From an uncultured virus (IMG/VR IMGVR_UViG_3300010354_009789) (taxonomy: Duplodnaviria > Heunggongvirae > Uroviricota > Caudoviricetes): DNA of 64,000 nucleotides. The notes below the pieces were generated by a model. It was not told the origin of the DNA. It worked only from the letters and a program-made list of their open reading frames with translations, and made no database searches. Location of the stretch: IMG/VR virus record IMGVR_UViG_3300010354_009789, one strand, 5' to 3'. Made by a program: the position numbers and the translations under genes. Positions 18,881-29,138 of this stretch are shown piece by piece (position 1 is the first letter of the stretch; every line of letters begins with the position of its first letter).

Positions 18881-21070
18881 TCAAACAGTACCTGCGACCT
18901 CTTCAAAGTCAACTCCGGTGCGAGTTGCTACGAAGGTCAGGGTTACATAGTTAATGGACTTAGCAGGCTTCAGGAAGATGTCTGCTCTAAACTCATTATT
19001 ATCGATTACATCAGGTGTGTTGTTTGTCTCATCGCAAACTACAAGGAATCCATAGAGACCTCTCTTCGCCTGAACATCACGTAGATATGGAGTTACGATA
19101 TTTACGAAGTTGGATCTTGTGATCTGATCGTTCAGTTCAAAGAGTTGTGCCTGAGCAGTTCTCTCAAGTGCTTGCTCAACGGTCAAGAATAGGCGACGAA
19201 CGTTGATTCTATCAAACGCAGAAGCATATCCGAGAGCGGTCTTATCTCCAAATAGGAGAATACCAATTCCTGGCTGATTCACAATTGCGTTTACGCGCTG
19301 TGGATACAGTCTATCTCGCTGTGCTTTATTTGGATTGTATGCAAGTTTGATTGCATTGTTGAGGATGCCTCTTTGCTGACCCGCAGGTGAGAACCAAGGA
19401 TATGCAAAGATGCTTGTTCTTACGCACAGACCAGCAACGTCTGGGTTGCAAGGAATGTAGCGGAACTTGTTATTGAAGCGGTCATACATGTACTTATAAC
19501 CACTATCAAATACAACATATGAGGATGATCCGAGTGAACTGAAGAATTCAATCACTCTATCAGTTTGGGTATTTGTATTTGTCAAATCAACAACATCTGT
19601 ACGATGAGGTGAAATCATTGCCATGCAATCTTTTCTAAGATTTGCGATGGAGATTAGGTGATTTGCCTTTGCTTGTGACTCATCTTTGCTTAGGAGTCCA
19701 GGACCCTGTAGAAGATAATCAACAGCAATCTCATCCTTGTTGGAGAATAGTTCGTATCCAGTAATTAGATCGCCCAATTCTGCCTTCATTCCTCCAGCTG
19801 GGGAGTAATCAACACCGCCCCTTAGGTGATAAGTTACATTACCAATAGAGCTAAAGGTGATGCCTTGAGCATCGCGGTTCCAGGAACCATCCGATTCTGT
19901 AATTGGTGTATATCCACCAGCGGTGGTGAATCCAACTGCTCTTGGATATGTATCATGATAGGTGTCAGCACCTGTTGATGGATTATCACCAACATAGAGA
20001 TAATCTGAGAATTGTGCAATATACTCTTTCCAGAAGATCTTCTGAGGGGAGTTGACAGCAGAGATGCAATCCTTTGCCTTGGAGATATTAATATGCTTTT
20101 CAATTAGGTTGCCAGTAATGCCAGTTACTGTTCCAGTGTCGTCAATAACAACGACGTGCATGGAATCGTTTTTGCCACTTCTGTCAGAAACATATCTGTT
20201 TGTCTGTGGTTTTGGAGCAATGGATCTCCAATAGATTGAAGCATTTGTCAGTTCGAGTTTTTGTGATTCGTACCAATCTTCTACTGATGCTGCAATGAAT
20301 CCAGTACCAACGCCCAATCCATTATTATTTCTGAATGTGAGGGAGTCGTTCTTGAGGAATGAGAATGCTCTAGCGAGCTCAGCATAATCGATTGCAGTAG
20401 CTACGCCAGCGGAAGTCACTCTCTCAACGATCTTAACGTCAATATAACTGTTTCCAGTTGCGTTAGTTGTAACTCCGGTAATGATGCCCTTAATGGACCC
20501 TGTAAAGAGTTCTGTGGCGCCTACACCAGCAAATACGCTACTGATGCCAACTGTCACTGCATATCCAACAAGAGCGCCTGCAGCGCCCAGGTTGGCGGTT
20601 GCAATGCCAATAGTTTGATCTGCCAGGTCATCGATCATGCAAACTTTGAGGTTGTTTGCCCAAGTACCTGGATTCTTCGCAGCAAAAACATAGTCGGCAA
20701 TGTCATCTGCCCAATTTGCCTCATAATCATCAAAGTTCTTAATCTTAACCGCTGTGGTGTATGCAATACCAACGCCAGCATTGGCGTTATTTAAGTAACC
20801 ACCATCGGCTCTTACAACCTTGAGAATTCCACCATATGACAGGAACGAAGATGCGCTTAGCCAATACTCATACTGCGCATCGGTGGAAAGAGGCTTACCG
20901 AATGTCTTGATGAGTTCTTGTTCGGTAAAGATGTCAATTGGGTCTTCAACTGGACCGATTGCAAATGGACCCGCAATTGCTCCAATATTATCTAGGACAT
21001 TATCAGCTCTTCCTACTGTTAAATCAACCTCCCTAATAAGTACACCGGGAGACAATTGAGGAGTCGCCAT
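18881..21070 (-). CDS. g18: Tail sheath protein
   Basis: SPGVLIREVDLT, PWFSPAG, FDRINVRRLF, KPAKSINYV; late promoter at 21107-21113. Confidence 0.98.
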   Translation of the reverse strand: MATPQLSPGVLIREVDLTVGRADNVLDNIGAIAGPFAIGPVEDPIDIFTEQELIKTFGKPLSTDAQYEYWLSASSFLSYGGILKVVRADGGYLNNANAGVGIAYTTAVKIKNFDDYEANWADDIADYVFAAKNPGTWANNLKVCMIDDLADQTIGIATANLGAAGALVGYAVTVGISSVFAGVGATELFTGSIKGIITGVTTNATGNSYIDVKIVERVTSAGVATAIDYAELARAFSFLKNDSLTFRNNNGLGVGTGFIAASVEDWYESQKLELTNASIYWRSIAPKPQTNRYVSDRSGKNDSMHVVVIDDTGTVTGITGNLIEKHINISKAKDCISAVNSPQKIFWKEYIAQFSDYLYVGDNPSTGADTYHDTYPRAVGFTTAGGYTPITESDGSWNRDAQGITFSSIGNVTYHLRGGVDYSPAGGMKAELGDLITGYELFSNKDEIAVDYLLQGPGLLSKDESQAKANHLISIANLRKDCMAMISPHRTDVVDLTNTNTQTDRVIEFFSSLGSSSYVVFDSGYKYMYDRFNNKFRYIPCNPDVAGLCVRTSIFAYPWFSPAGQQRGILNNAIKLAYNPNKAQRDRLYPQRVNAIVNQPGIGILLFGDKTALGYASAFDRINVRRLFLTVEQALERTAQAQLFELNDQITRSNFVNIVTPYLRDVQAKRGLYGFLVVCDETNNTPDVIDNNEFRADIFLKPAKSINYVTLTFVATRTGVDFEEVAGTV

Positions 21071-21125
21071 GTTTTCTGCTCCTTGAAAATCAGATATTTC
21101 TAAAAATATTTATTATTTTGGAGAT

Positions 21126-22772
21126 TTACAAGTAGTCCCACATATGAGACATGTCGCCATATTCATCAGTAAACCATCTTTCCCCACTTTCATCCACAAA
21201 ACTACCATCCTCAGTTCCATCTACAATGAATCCAAATGGCGCCATATCCTGATCTATTTGATTCTTCTGTTCTTCGTATAATCTCTTTCTAACATCCTGA
21301 TCTGTGAGCTCTTTAAAGTAATCTTGTGCGACCAACCAAGCATATATCACTAGACACATTGCTAGGTCATCATTACACCCCTCTTCCGCCTCAAAGGAAT
21401 TGTGTTTTTGAATGAACGTTGTCAATTCACTCATTATTTCATAATCCCAGAATTGAAGTTTATCCTCTTCAATCATGGTTTTGAGATTGAGGGAACCAAC
21501 CTTTTTCACAGTTTTGGACATTTTTACGCCCATTTGTGTTTTCTTACCAGAAAATCCTTGTCCAACAATCTGACCAGCTCTACCCCGCATGGAGCACATG
21601 AGAATATTTTGATATTCCAGATCATAGTGAAGAATACTTGCCACTTGATCACCGACATCATTCACTTCGCATAGAACATATGCATTATTATAATTCTTCG
21701 CAACCTCATAAATTATGCTTGGAAATAGCATAGGTTTGATCTGATTGTTTCTATACTTTGCCACCACTCTATGTGGAAATGAAGTAATATCTACGACTAC
21801 AAATGCAGAGTAGTCTTTCTCAACGCCCCTTGCAACGTCAACTGTAATCAAATAGTCATGATGCTCTTCCGATTCAAAATATACATCTAGACCACTATTA
21901 CTCAATTTTGGTGTCTCATAAACCAGAGAGCGAAGCTTACTTGGCGAAATGAGTGTATCTACAGATCCAAGAAATTCACACTCAAACTCAACCTTGAATT
22001 GTGCTTCCGATGTATTCGCAATGGTCTGTGCTTTCCATTCATTGTCGCGCCCAGGAACTTCTGACCAATGAACATCTGTCGGCACGTATTCATTCTTTCC
22101 GCGCTCGGCATCATGCCACATACGGTAGAAGTGATTCATACCATGTGGGGTTGATACGATAATCACTTTAGTAGATTTACCTGAAGTAATCGTCGGATAA
22201 ACCGATGCAAAGAATGAATCTGCAATATGATTTGGAACGAACGCAAATTCGTCCAAGAATAGAATGTTAAAAGACATTCCTCGGACAGCAGATGCTGATG
22301 TGGAAGCCGCTAAGATCTTGGATCCGTTTTCAAGCTCTAAAGATCCCCTGTTCCAAGATAAGATGCCTTGTTGCATCCACTTTGGCAAATTCTCATATGC
22401 AATCTGCAACCTACTTAGCAGTTCTCTTGCAGTTGCTGCTTTGTTTGCCAGAATACCAATATTTACACTATCATTAAATACGGCATAATGCAACAAGAAA
22501 GACACCACGGTAGTTGACTTTCCCGTTTGTCGTGGCATCTTGCAGATATTAAATCTGTGATCATGAAAATTTTGAATCAGTTTTTCCTGAAATGGATACA
22601 TCCTAAATGGCTGCAATCCATGATCAAGTGTTACAATTTGAATGTAATTCTGTGTGAAATATACCGGATCTTCCTTACATTTTATAAACTCAAGAATTTG
22701 ATCTTGAGTAAACTCCATTTGTGTATTCGCTTTCTTCAGATTGGGATTACCCAAGTAAATATCATGACCCAT
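21126..22772 (-). CDS. g17: Terminase large subunit
   Basis: PRQTGKST Walker A, LDEFAF Walker B, VSTPHG, DVARG and NDDLAM nuclease motifs; uninterrupted. Confidence 0.98.
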   Translation of the reverse strand: MGHDIYLGNPNLKKANTQMEFTQDQILEFIKCKEDPVYFTQNYIQIVTLDHGLQPFRMYPFQEKLIQNFHDHRFNICKMPRQTGKSTTVVSFLLHYAVFNDSVNIGILANKAATARELLSRLQIAYENLPKWMQQGILSWNRGSLELENGSKILAASTSASAVRGMSFNILFLDEFAFVPNHIADSFFASVYPTITSGKSTKVIIVSTPHGMNHFYRMWHDAERGKNEYVPTDVHWSEVPGRDNEWKAQTIANTSEAQFKVEFECEFLGSVDTLISPSKLRSLVYETPKLSNSGLDVYFESEEHHDYLITVDVARGVEKDYSAFVVVDITSFPHRVVAKYRNNQIKPMLFPSIIYEVAKNYNNAYVLCEVNDVGDQVASILHYDLEYQNILMCSMRGRAGQIVGQGFSGKKTQMGVKMSKTVKKVGSLNLKTMIEEDKLQFWDYEIMSELTTFIQKHNSFEAEEGCNDDLAMCLVIYAWLVAQDYFKELTDQDVRKRLYEEQKNQIDQDMAPFGFIVDGTEDGSFVDESGERWFTDEYGDMSHMWDYL

Positions 22773-22811
22773 AAATTATTACCAAATACTCAAAAAATAA
22801 AACTTAAATTC

Positions 22812-23657
22812 CTACCACTTTGTTTTATCGGCCCAATAGGCAGCAGACATTTTTCCTTTCGCAATATTCTTTGCATGTCTTGCTTTAAAGCTCTGACGAC
22901 GCTTTGCATATGCTTCAGATTCTCCATCTTTCTTCGGAGATCCTTTTACACCTCTTTGCCCAAACCGAATAATCTTTTCCTTTCCACCCTCACATGCCTT
23001 TACGACATGAGACTTTCCGGTTTTGGAGTCACCAACTGCTTGTGCTTTGGGTTTATTGCAGGGCATAGAGTCCTTATCAACACCCTCCCTAACCTGTAAG
23101 AGCATTCCTGGTTCAAAATCTGTGGCAACTTTGTATCTAATCAATCTTGCGCCTGGATACACCTTATTGATTTGATCAATAACTTGCTGTCTGGTGGGAA
23201 ACTTTGCTTGAGCAAAGAACATCTTATGAACGAAGTTTCTACCTCTCCAATAAACCTCAACAGTAATCAAATTACCTGTGACGGCATTAATGCGACGAAC
23301 TGCTTCTTTCAGGTCATCGGAACATACACATGGATTCTTTTCGCACACGGGACAAACTGATTTTGAGCACTTTGAGCATTCCTCACAATCATCACATTCC
23401 TTCTTTGCTTCAGATACTAGTGCGGACAAATTAGTTTTTGTCAGGTCCGTTGTACTTTTATTCCTGTGTTCTCGCATGGCCATTCTAATCATTCTGGCCT
23501 GATTTTCCAACTTATCTCTCTTGTCACATCCACCAGTCTTCTCACACCCCCTCTCCGCATGAGCTCTTTGATCCTTGTCAAATGCTTTGAGACTCATTTT
23601 TTCTAAAGGAAGTGGTTTTTTTCCTTCTTGAAGATCGTTATGTGAAGGGTGGTTCAT
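22812..23657 (-). CDS. Hypothetical mosaic protein (Cys-rich segment, basic C-terminal domain)
   Basis: 281-aa ORF; CDDCEECSKC..CPVC..PCVC; C-terminal IRFGQRG...SFKARH...SAAYWA; CTAAATA at 23689-23695. Confidence 0.75.
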   Translation of the reverse strand: MNHPSHNDLQEGKKPLPLEKMSLKAFDKDQRAHAERGCEKTGGCDKRDKLENQARMIRMAMREHRNKSTTDLTKTNLSALVSEAKKECDDCEECSKCSKSVCPVCEKNPCVCSDDLKEAVRRINAVTGNLITVEVYWRGRNFVHKMFFAQAKFPTRQQVIDQINKVYPGARLIRYKVATDFEPGMLLQVREGVDKDSMPCNKPKAQAVGDSKTGKSHVVKACEGGKEKIIRFGQRGVKGSPKKDGESEAYAKRRQSFKARHAKNIAKGKMSAAYWADKTKW

Positions 23658-23710
23658 CGTCTATCTGGATTATACTAGTCCTCTGATATATTTAGTAATC
23701 GTAATCTTCA

Positions 23711-24394
23711 TCATGCAAGAACTGTATTTAGAACCCCACCATCAGTTACATGCAATCTATACTTGGTTGCATTTGCAGAAGTCAGAACTACTCCCTCAGC
23801 GGTGCTCACCCCAACCCGACAGTCCCCGGTTACTGTAGTAACACCAGTAACTCTCCCATTACCAAAAACCGTTAGAGCATCTGTGGCCGTTGTAGTTATA
23901 ATTCCCAGACTATTCTTTCTGATTAGCATGTGATCATTTGAGTCTATAAATTCAACTGAATATGTGGAAGATCCAGAGTTGCTGAATAACATGTCCCCAA
24001 GCACATTAATTGTGACATACCACCCCTCGGTTCCAACATTCTCTTCAATGTAAAGTGCCGCCTCGCCAACAGTGGATGTAACTGGTATTGTCTTTAGACT
24101 AAGAGTTCCTCTGCGAGTAACGAAGTCAGATACATCTCCAACTGAAAGAAGAGTTACGTGGAGATCGGATCCAATAGCAACTCTTCCGTTGAGGTGGTAC
24201 ATGTCGAATGATGTACTACCTATTCCAACATTCCACGGATTAACAGCAACAATTGTCGTAATCCCTGCAGTTTTTTCTACATAGACCTTCCCATCTGTAG
24301 TATTAATTCCAAATTCTCCTGGAAGGAGATCTGCTGTCGTGGGAATTTTTCCAGCTACTGCGGAACGTTTTACTTGAATGATTGATTCTGCCAT
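23711..24394 (-). CDS. Fibre-like hypothetical protein, paralogue B
   Basis: N-terminal IQVKRSAVAGKIPTTADLLPGEFGIN motif typical of cyanophage fibre proteins; collinear with 24425-25105. Confidence 0.75.
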   Translation of the reverse strand: MAESIIQVKRSAVAGKIPTTADLLPGEFGINTTDGKVYVEKTAGITTIVAVNPWNVGIGSTSFDMYHLNGRVAIGSDLHVTLLSVGDVSDFVTRRGTLSLKTIPVTSTVGEAALYIEENVGTEGWYVTINVLGDMLFSNSGSSTYSVEFIDSNDHMLIRKNSLGIITTTATDALTVFGNGRVTGVTTVTGDCRVGVSTAEGVVLTSANATKYRLHVTDGGVLNTVLA

Positions 24395-25079
24395 TGTAAT
24401 ATATTATTCTTTAATTGCAATTCATCATGGAACAAGGACTGTATTTACAACCCCTGTATTAGTTACATGTAATCTATACTTAGTTCCATTTGCAGAAGTT
24501 AGAACTATTCCGGCAGCTGTGCTTACCCCAACCCTAAGGTCTCCTGTGATAGTGGTGACTCCAGTAATTCTTGCGTTTCCAATAACAGTCAATGCATCTT
24601 GAGCCGTTGTGGTTAAAATCCCAAGATGACCTTTTCTAAGTACAACAGAATCATCATCTAGAAATTCAACAGAGTTCACTGCGGATGATGAGTTGTTGAA
24701 GTTGAGATCTCCATCAACGTCAACCACCATATACCATCCCTCATTACCGACCTTTTCTTCAAAATAAATTGCAGAATCTCCAAGAGTTCCCGTTGTTGGA
24801 ATGGTTTTTACTGCAAGAGAACCTCTAACAAGAGACGTATCAACATCTCCAATTGTAAGAAGACCTGCATATGCATCAGTTCCAATAGCAACTCTTCCAT
24901 TGAGATGATACATGTCAAATGATGTAGTGCCAACTCCAACAGTCCAGGGATTGACTGGAAGGACTGTTGTAATCCCCGCAGATTTTTCTATATAAACCTT
25001 TCCATCTGCGCTATTAATTCCAAATTCTCCTGGAAGGAGATCTGCTGTCGTGGGAATTTTTCCAGCTACTGCGGAACGT
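24301..25079. repeat. 68-bp perfect direct repeat (24301-24368 and 25012-25079)
   Basis: Base-by-base identity of tattaattcc...gcggaacgt in the 5' coding region of both paralogues. Confidence 0.9.
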
Positions 25080-25105
25080 CTTGCTTGAATAATTGGTGCA
25101 GCCAT
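24425..25105 (-). CDS. Fibre-like hypothetical protein, paralogue A
   Basis: Same N- and C-terminal motifs as 23711-24394; late promoter at 25192-25198. Confidence 0.75.
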   Translation of the reverse strand: MAAPIIQARRSAVAGKIPTTADLLPGEFGINSADGKVYIEKSAGITTVLPVNPWTVGVGTTSFDMYHLNGRVAIGTDAYAGLLTIGDVDTSLVRGSLAVKTIPTTGTLGDSAIYFEEKVGNEGWYMVVDVDGDLNFNNSSSAVNSVEFLDDDSVVLRKGHLGILTTTAQDALTVIGNARITGVTTITGDLRVGVSTAAGIVLTSANGTKYRLHVTNTGVVNTVLVP

Positions 25106-25197
25106 TGCATTACATTAGTGGTGGTATATACCGTCATTAACTCAATATATGTATATTGAGTCCCCTCATATGAGGGGATTTGGTCTTATCTTATTTA

Positions 25198-25419
25198 TTA
25201 ATTTTCACCTCTAGGAGTTTTCTTCTTGGACTCGGCGGAAGATGCATTTAACGCTTCAATGTGCGATCTTAAATGATCGTTCTCTGCCATTAAAGATTCT
25301 ACCCTTTTCTGTAGGGTATGAATCTGGGTTTCATATACAATATTCGAATTAAACAACTCAAATGATTTGGTTTGATATGTTGCAATAACAGATCTCAAAT
25401 CTTCTTCAGACATAGACAT
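25198..25419 (-). CDS. Small coiled-coil hypothetical protein
   Basis: 73-aa ORF; late promoter at 25445-25451. Confidence 0.7.
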   Translation of the reverse strand: MSMSEEDLRSVIATYQTKSFELFNSNIVYETQIHTLQKRVESLMAENDHLRSHIEALNASSAESKKKTPRGEN

Positions 25420-25445
25420 AAAAAAGAGGAGTAAATTACTCCCCT
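25420..25445 (-). terminator. Probable intrinsic terminator
   Basis: AGGGGAGTAA/TTACTCCTCT stem followed by T-run on the minus strand. Confidence 0.55.
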
Positions 25446-25471
25446 ATTTATCAGGTTTTTATGGATTAATT

Positions 25472-26914
25472 TTAGAATGCTCCACCATCTACAACTATAT
25501 TTTGAAGTTCTCTTTGTGATGTTCCACCGTTATATCCAATGACAACGGATTGTCCGGCAGTATCGTTGATCCAAACTTGGCCAACCTCAACTGATGCCCA
25601 CGATGCAACTGTCAATACAGAAGACGATTCTGTTACGGATTGTGCAATTGCAACTCTAGTCGCACTATCATCCCAGAAAATAGCAGCTCTTCTGAGTTGA
25701 GTGTCATACCAGTTCATGATCAGACCAAGATCCTTATTCAGGTCTGATCCGGGCGCAGATCCATCAACAATTCCCAGTTCAACTAGACTATCTTCAACTG
25801 TAAGTGAAGTCGTGTTTACTTGAGTGGTGCTTCCGTTTACATACAGGTTGCCACTAACAGTAAGATTCTGAGCGGCTGTAATATTACCGGAAGTATCAAT
25901 TGTTGCTGCGTTTGTGTTATTTGTATGTCTAATCGTAGCAACATCAAGAGTTGGAACATCCAGAGAAGTTGTAATTACTACATCATTTGGAAGTCCTACT
26001 GTTACTGTTGAACCAGATGCTGAGGTCTCAATTTCATTCGTGGTTCCTGTAATTGTGAGAATGTGGTTGGCTGGAATTGCATCCCCACTTTGAGTTGTTA
26101 CACGATTGAGGAATGTGCCACCAAGAGCAACCGCGCCAGTTGTAACTACAAAATCTCCAGTATCAAATGATGCAACACCCTTGTTTGATGAGGTTGCGTC
26201 TTCTCCAGCAACAGTGATTGTCGATCCGGAGTGGGTGACATCCATACCCTCTCCACCCAAGAGGGAGAAGGCGTGTGCCGCTGGAGTTAAAGCACCAGAA
26301 TCTGTAACTACTAATTTTACTACAGTTCCGGAAAGTGCAACTGCTCCGGAGGTAACTGAAAAACTTGTGGATCCGAATGATGCAACACCCTTTGTGGTTG
26401 TCGTTGCATCAAGACCCTGATACGTTACTGTATTTGGAGTTCCTTGTGCAGTAGCAACGGTAAGACCAGTTCCAGCAACTGTCTTGAATTCAATGGTCTC
26501 AGCATTATCGATCTGAGCATTATTTGATGGATTTCCATCTCCAATATTAAAGTTTGCAAATCCACCAGCGGGAGATTCCCAAGTTAAAGTTCCATCTGCA
26601 GCAACCTTGAGAAAGGTTCCGGCAGAAATTGTTCCGGGCCAAGTATAAGTTACATCCCCAGCAAGGGTGTTTGGGGATTTGTGAGCAATATAATTGTCAC
26701 CGTTGCTACTCCCTTCAACCAATCTGACAGAAGATCCAGTAGTTGGAGTCTCTCTATTCCAATATCTAGCAGATCCCACCAGAGCATGAGTTGACCCTGT
26801 ACCAACATAAAGTTCAAGTTCATCTGTGGTAAATATTGGTTCACCTGCTAGTTTTGAGGCTCCGCCGATGCCAGTTTGATTGCCTCTTTTGAATTGAATA
26901 GTTGGTGCGGCCAT
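25472..26914 (-). CDS. Tail fibre-like virion structural protein
   Basis: TIQFKRG...LAGEP N-terminus, repeated [10 protein letters not shown] units, [20 protein letters not shown] end; TATAAATA at 26953-26960. Confidence 0.75.
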   Translation of the reverse strand: MAAPTIQFKRGNQTGIGGASKLAGEPIFTTDELELYVGTGSTHALVGSARYWNRETPTTGSSVRLVEGSSNGDNYIAHKSPNTLAGDVTYTWPGTISAGTFLKVAADGTLTWESPAGGFANFNIGDGNPSNNAQIDNAETIEFKTVAGTGLTVATAQGTPNTVTYQGLDATTTTKGVASFGSTSFSVTSGAVALSGTVVKLVVTDSGALTPAAHAFSLLGGEGMDVTHSGSTITVAGEDATSSNKGVASFDTGDFVVTTGAVALGGTFLNRVTTQSGDAIPANHILTITGTTNEIETSASGSTVTVGLPNDVVITTSLDVPTLDVATIRHTNNTNAATIDTSGNITAAQNLTVSGNLYVNGSTTQVNTTSLTVEDSLVELGIVDGSAPGSDLNKDLGLIMNWYDTQLRRAAIFWDDSATRVAIAQSVTESSSVLTVASWASVEVGQVWINDTAGQSVVIGYNGGTSQRELQNIVVDGGAF

Positions 26915-26964
26915 TTGGAGATCCCTTTGCTATTGGACTATTCTTCTATTGATATTTATAGATA

Positions 26965-27309
26965 TTAAAACGTTCCCGCATCAAGATCAATTCGATCATC
27001 AAGTTGAATATCCAACTCATTGAGGAAATTACTTGGCAATCCTGGTTGAATTGTTTCAGTTGTGGAAGATGCACTTAGAACAAGATCTGGGTTCACATCT
27101 TTCCACTTTCCAGTTGCCTGATCATACATTAAAACATACTTATCATTAGTTCCACTAATTTCTACGTCCGTTAAATCGTTGAGTGTGGCCACTGATGCAC
27201 CTATAGATACTTGGAGTGTGGGTGAAAATGTAACCTTATATGAGTATGGAGTGCTTGATTTTGCATTATAAGAATAACCACTAATGGAAGTCGTTACTTT
27301 ATATGTCAT
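26965..27309 (-). CDS. Hypothetical virion-associated protein
   Basis: 114-aa ORF; LNDLTDV, DAGTF end. Confidence 0.7.
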   Translation of the reverse strand: MTYKVTTSISGYSYNAKSSTPYSYKVTFSPTLQVSIGASVATLNDLTDVEISGTNDKYVLMYDQATGKWKDVNPDLVLSASSTTETIQPGLPSNFLNELDIQLDDRIDLDAGTF

Positions 27310-27641
27310 ACCGATACACTCTCCTCTACAATTGCGGTTCCCTTAAGGACTTTTACCTTATTTCCACCTAGAGTTAGAATCACATCGAAATAATTTCTTC
27401 CTGCAGATAAATTTGCAGTTTGTTCACCGGTTAAAGATAGTCTAATAGTCCCCGTTCCGGTTGTAATCGTCTTACTGAATTCTTCATATGCTGTCGCTTC
27501 CGGGTGTTTGCGTATCCTTGCATATGAAGTCGTTAGTCCGGAAAGAACCGCCGTAGACTGATCTGGATCAAATAGAGTAAACGTAGCTTCAAAGTACGTT
27601 CCTTTTTCAATTATTAAGGTTGTTACTTCTGCAGCTGCCAT
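27306..27641 (-). CDS. Conserved hypothetical protein
   Basis: 111-aa ORF; IEKGTYF, LSLTGEQTANL..GR.YFDV; late promoter at 27659-27665. Confidence 0.75.
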   Translation of the reverse strand: MAAAEVTTLIIEKGTYFEATFTLFDPDQSTAVLSGLTTSYARIRKHPEATAYEEFSKTITTGTGTIRLSLTGEQTANLSAGRNYFDVILTLGGNKVKVLKGTAIVEESVSV

Positions 27642-27657
27642 TTTTCTTGGTTTTTAA

Positions 27658-28086
27658 CTATTTATCCAAATTTAGATTATTCTTAATTAACTTAGATAGA
27701 TCGGCTGTTGACCCAACAAAAAGAGCGTTTGTTACATTTGTTGGTCCCTTGGATGTGGACTCGCTTTCAATATCTTTCAATTTCTTCTGAAGATCAAGAA
27801 GTTTATCAGTTACATCTCCAACACTTTTAATTAGTTGACCGGCAACTTCATAGGCCCTTGCTTGCTCACCCTCTTGAGCGAGTTCCAAAATGCCATCAAT
27901 AGCAGTCTGCCCCTTTTCTATCAGAGAATACAGATTTGCCCTTGTATATTCATAGTCGGATTTTACATCATCTCCCGATTTATCTGGAGTTTTGACGAGA
28001 TCATCTTCAATCTTTACAATCTCACTGACTTCAACATCCACATTGAAAGTCTGATTTATGGATTCAAACTGCTTTTCGCTACTCAT
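27658..28086 (-). CDS. g16: Terminase small subunit
   Basis: DYEYTRANLYSLIEKG, RAYEVAGQLIK, NALFVGST; ATG at 28086 preferred. Confidence 0.93.
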   Translation of the reverse strand: MSSEKQFESINQTFNVDVEVSEIVKIEDDLVKTPDKSGDDVKSDYEYTRANLYSLIEKGQTAIDGILELAQEGEQARAYEVAGQLIKSVGDVTDKLLDLQKKLKDIESESTSKGPTNVTNALFVGSTADLSKLIKNNLNLDK

Positions 28087-28101
28087 ACTTACCACCCCAA
28101 A

Positions 28102-29103
28102 TTATTCATGAAATCCAAAATCGTCACCAAATTCTATAAGTGCATCATCTGCTGCGGTGATTAATTTGACTTCGGATCCAGAAACATGTTGCGTGCTTGT
28201 GGTGCCATCAACGCCCCTTTGAACAAAGAGTACCCCATTAATCTTATTCGTCACATAGATTGTTTCATTATCAATTGTGATATAACTATCTTTTGGTATT
28301 GGTCCTGGATCACTCACTTCAAGGGTGCCCAGTGTTTCATCAATATCAGCAGAAAGTAGTGCTACTGTATTATCACTATAACTTTGAAGTGCTCGTGGTT
28401 CTGCTGTATATACCAAATCTCTTGGAGTAAGACCAGATCTTGCACCTGATGCAAATCCAATAGAAACCTTTTTGATAATATCTCTTTCGATATTCTTGGA
28501 AGAAACTGGACCAAAAAGATATAACTTTGCAATGAATCTCAAGTTGTATATTAATGCTCGCCTTGTTTGAAAGTCACCTTCATAACTATCATCCATTGTC
28601 ATTCCCTCAAGAACGATTGGAACATCTCTGTTCTCACCAATGGACTCAAGCATATTGATTGTTAGTGTATATGCTGGTTGAAAATAAGGAAGAATTTGCT
28701 CAATAATCTGAAGCATATCCTCATTCAACTTCGTCATAATGCTCAGTTGAAATTCCAAGTTATATGGAACCGGCATATATGTTTTTCTTATCTGAGTGCC
28801 ATCTTCTGCCAATCCAGATAAAAATGATTGCGTTGAAGTCACCTTTCTTGAAGGGTCGTAAGTCAAGTTCACATACTCAAACGACATTCTTGGAAGAGTG
28901 ATTTGATTTGGCTTGTTCAGATCTGGTGGAGTTTGCTCTAACCTAGCCAAAAACTTTTGTGTTGGTCCATATGCTAATGGCACTTTCTGAACGGAAACCG
29001 TCTGATTACTTGAATTGACATGCTTGATTTCGATTCCATTAAAAAGTGACCCGAAAGCAACAACTGTCTTCCTCAGAATTTCGTGGTAAAAATATTCAAA
29101 CAT
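28102..29103 (-). CDS. g15: Tail sheath stabiliser/terminator
   Basis: YFYHEILRK, VPLAYGP, LPRMSFE, QIIEQILPYFQP. Confidence 0.95.
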   Translation of the reverse strand: MFEYFYHEILRKTVVAFGSLFNGIEIKHVNSSNQTVSVQKVPLAYGPTQKFLARLEQTPPDLNKPNQITLPRMSFEYVNLTYDPSRKVTSTQSFLSGLAEDGTQIRKTYMPVPYNLEFQLSIMTKLNEDMLQIIEQILPYFQPAYTLTINMLESIGENRDVPIVLEGMTMDDSYEGDFQTRRALIYNLRFIAKLYLFGPVSSKNIERDIIKKVSIGFASGARSGLTPRDLVYTAEPRALQSYSDNTVALLSADIDETLGTLEVSDPGPIPKDSYITIDNETIYVTNKINGVLFVQRGVDGTTSTQHVSGSEVKLITAADDALIEFGDDFGFHE

Positions 29104-29138
29104 GATGGCAATGTATGTTACTTCTATTTAACAAATTA

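Noticed and set aside
10309..22772. Introns or inteins in g17, g18, g20 or g23
   Set aside because: ORFs are continuous, of ordinary length and lack intein splice motifs
23711..25105. Diversity-generating retroelement template/variable repeat pair
   Set aside because: The shared block is identical and N-terminal, other differences are not adenine-specific, and no reverse transcriptase is present
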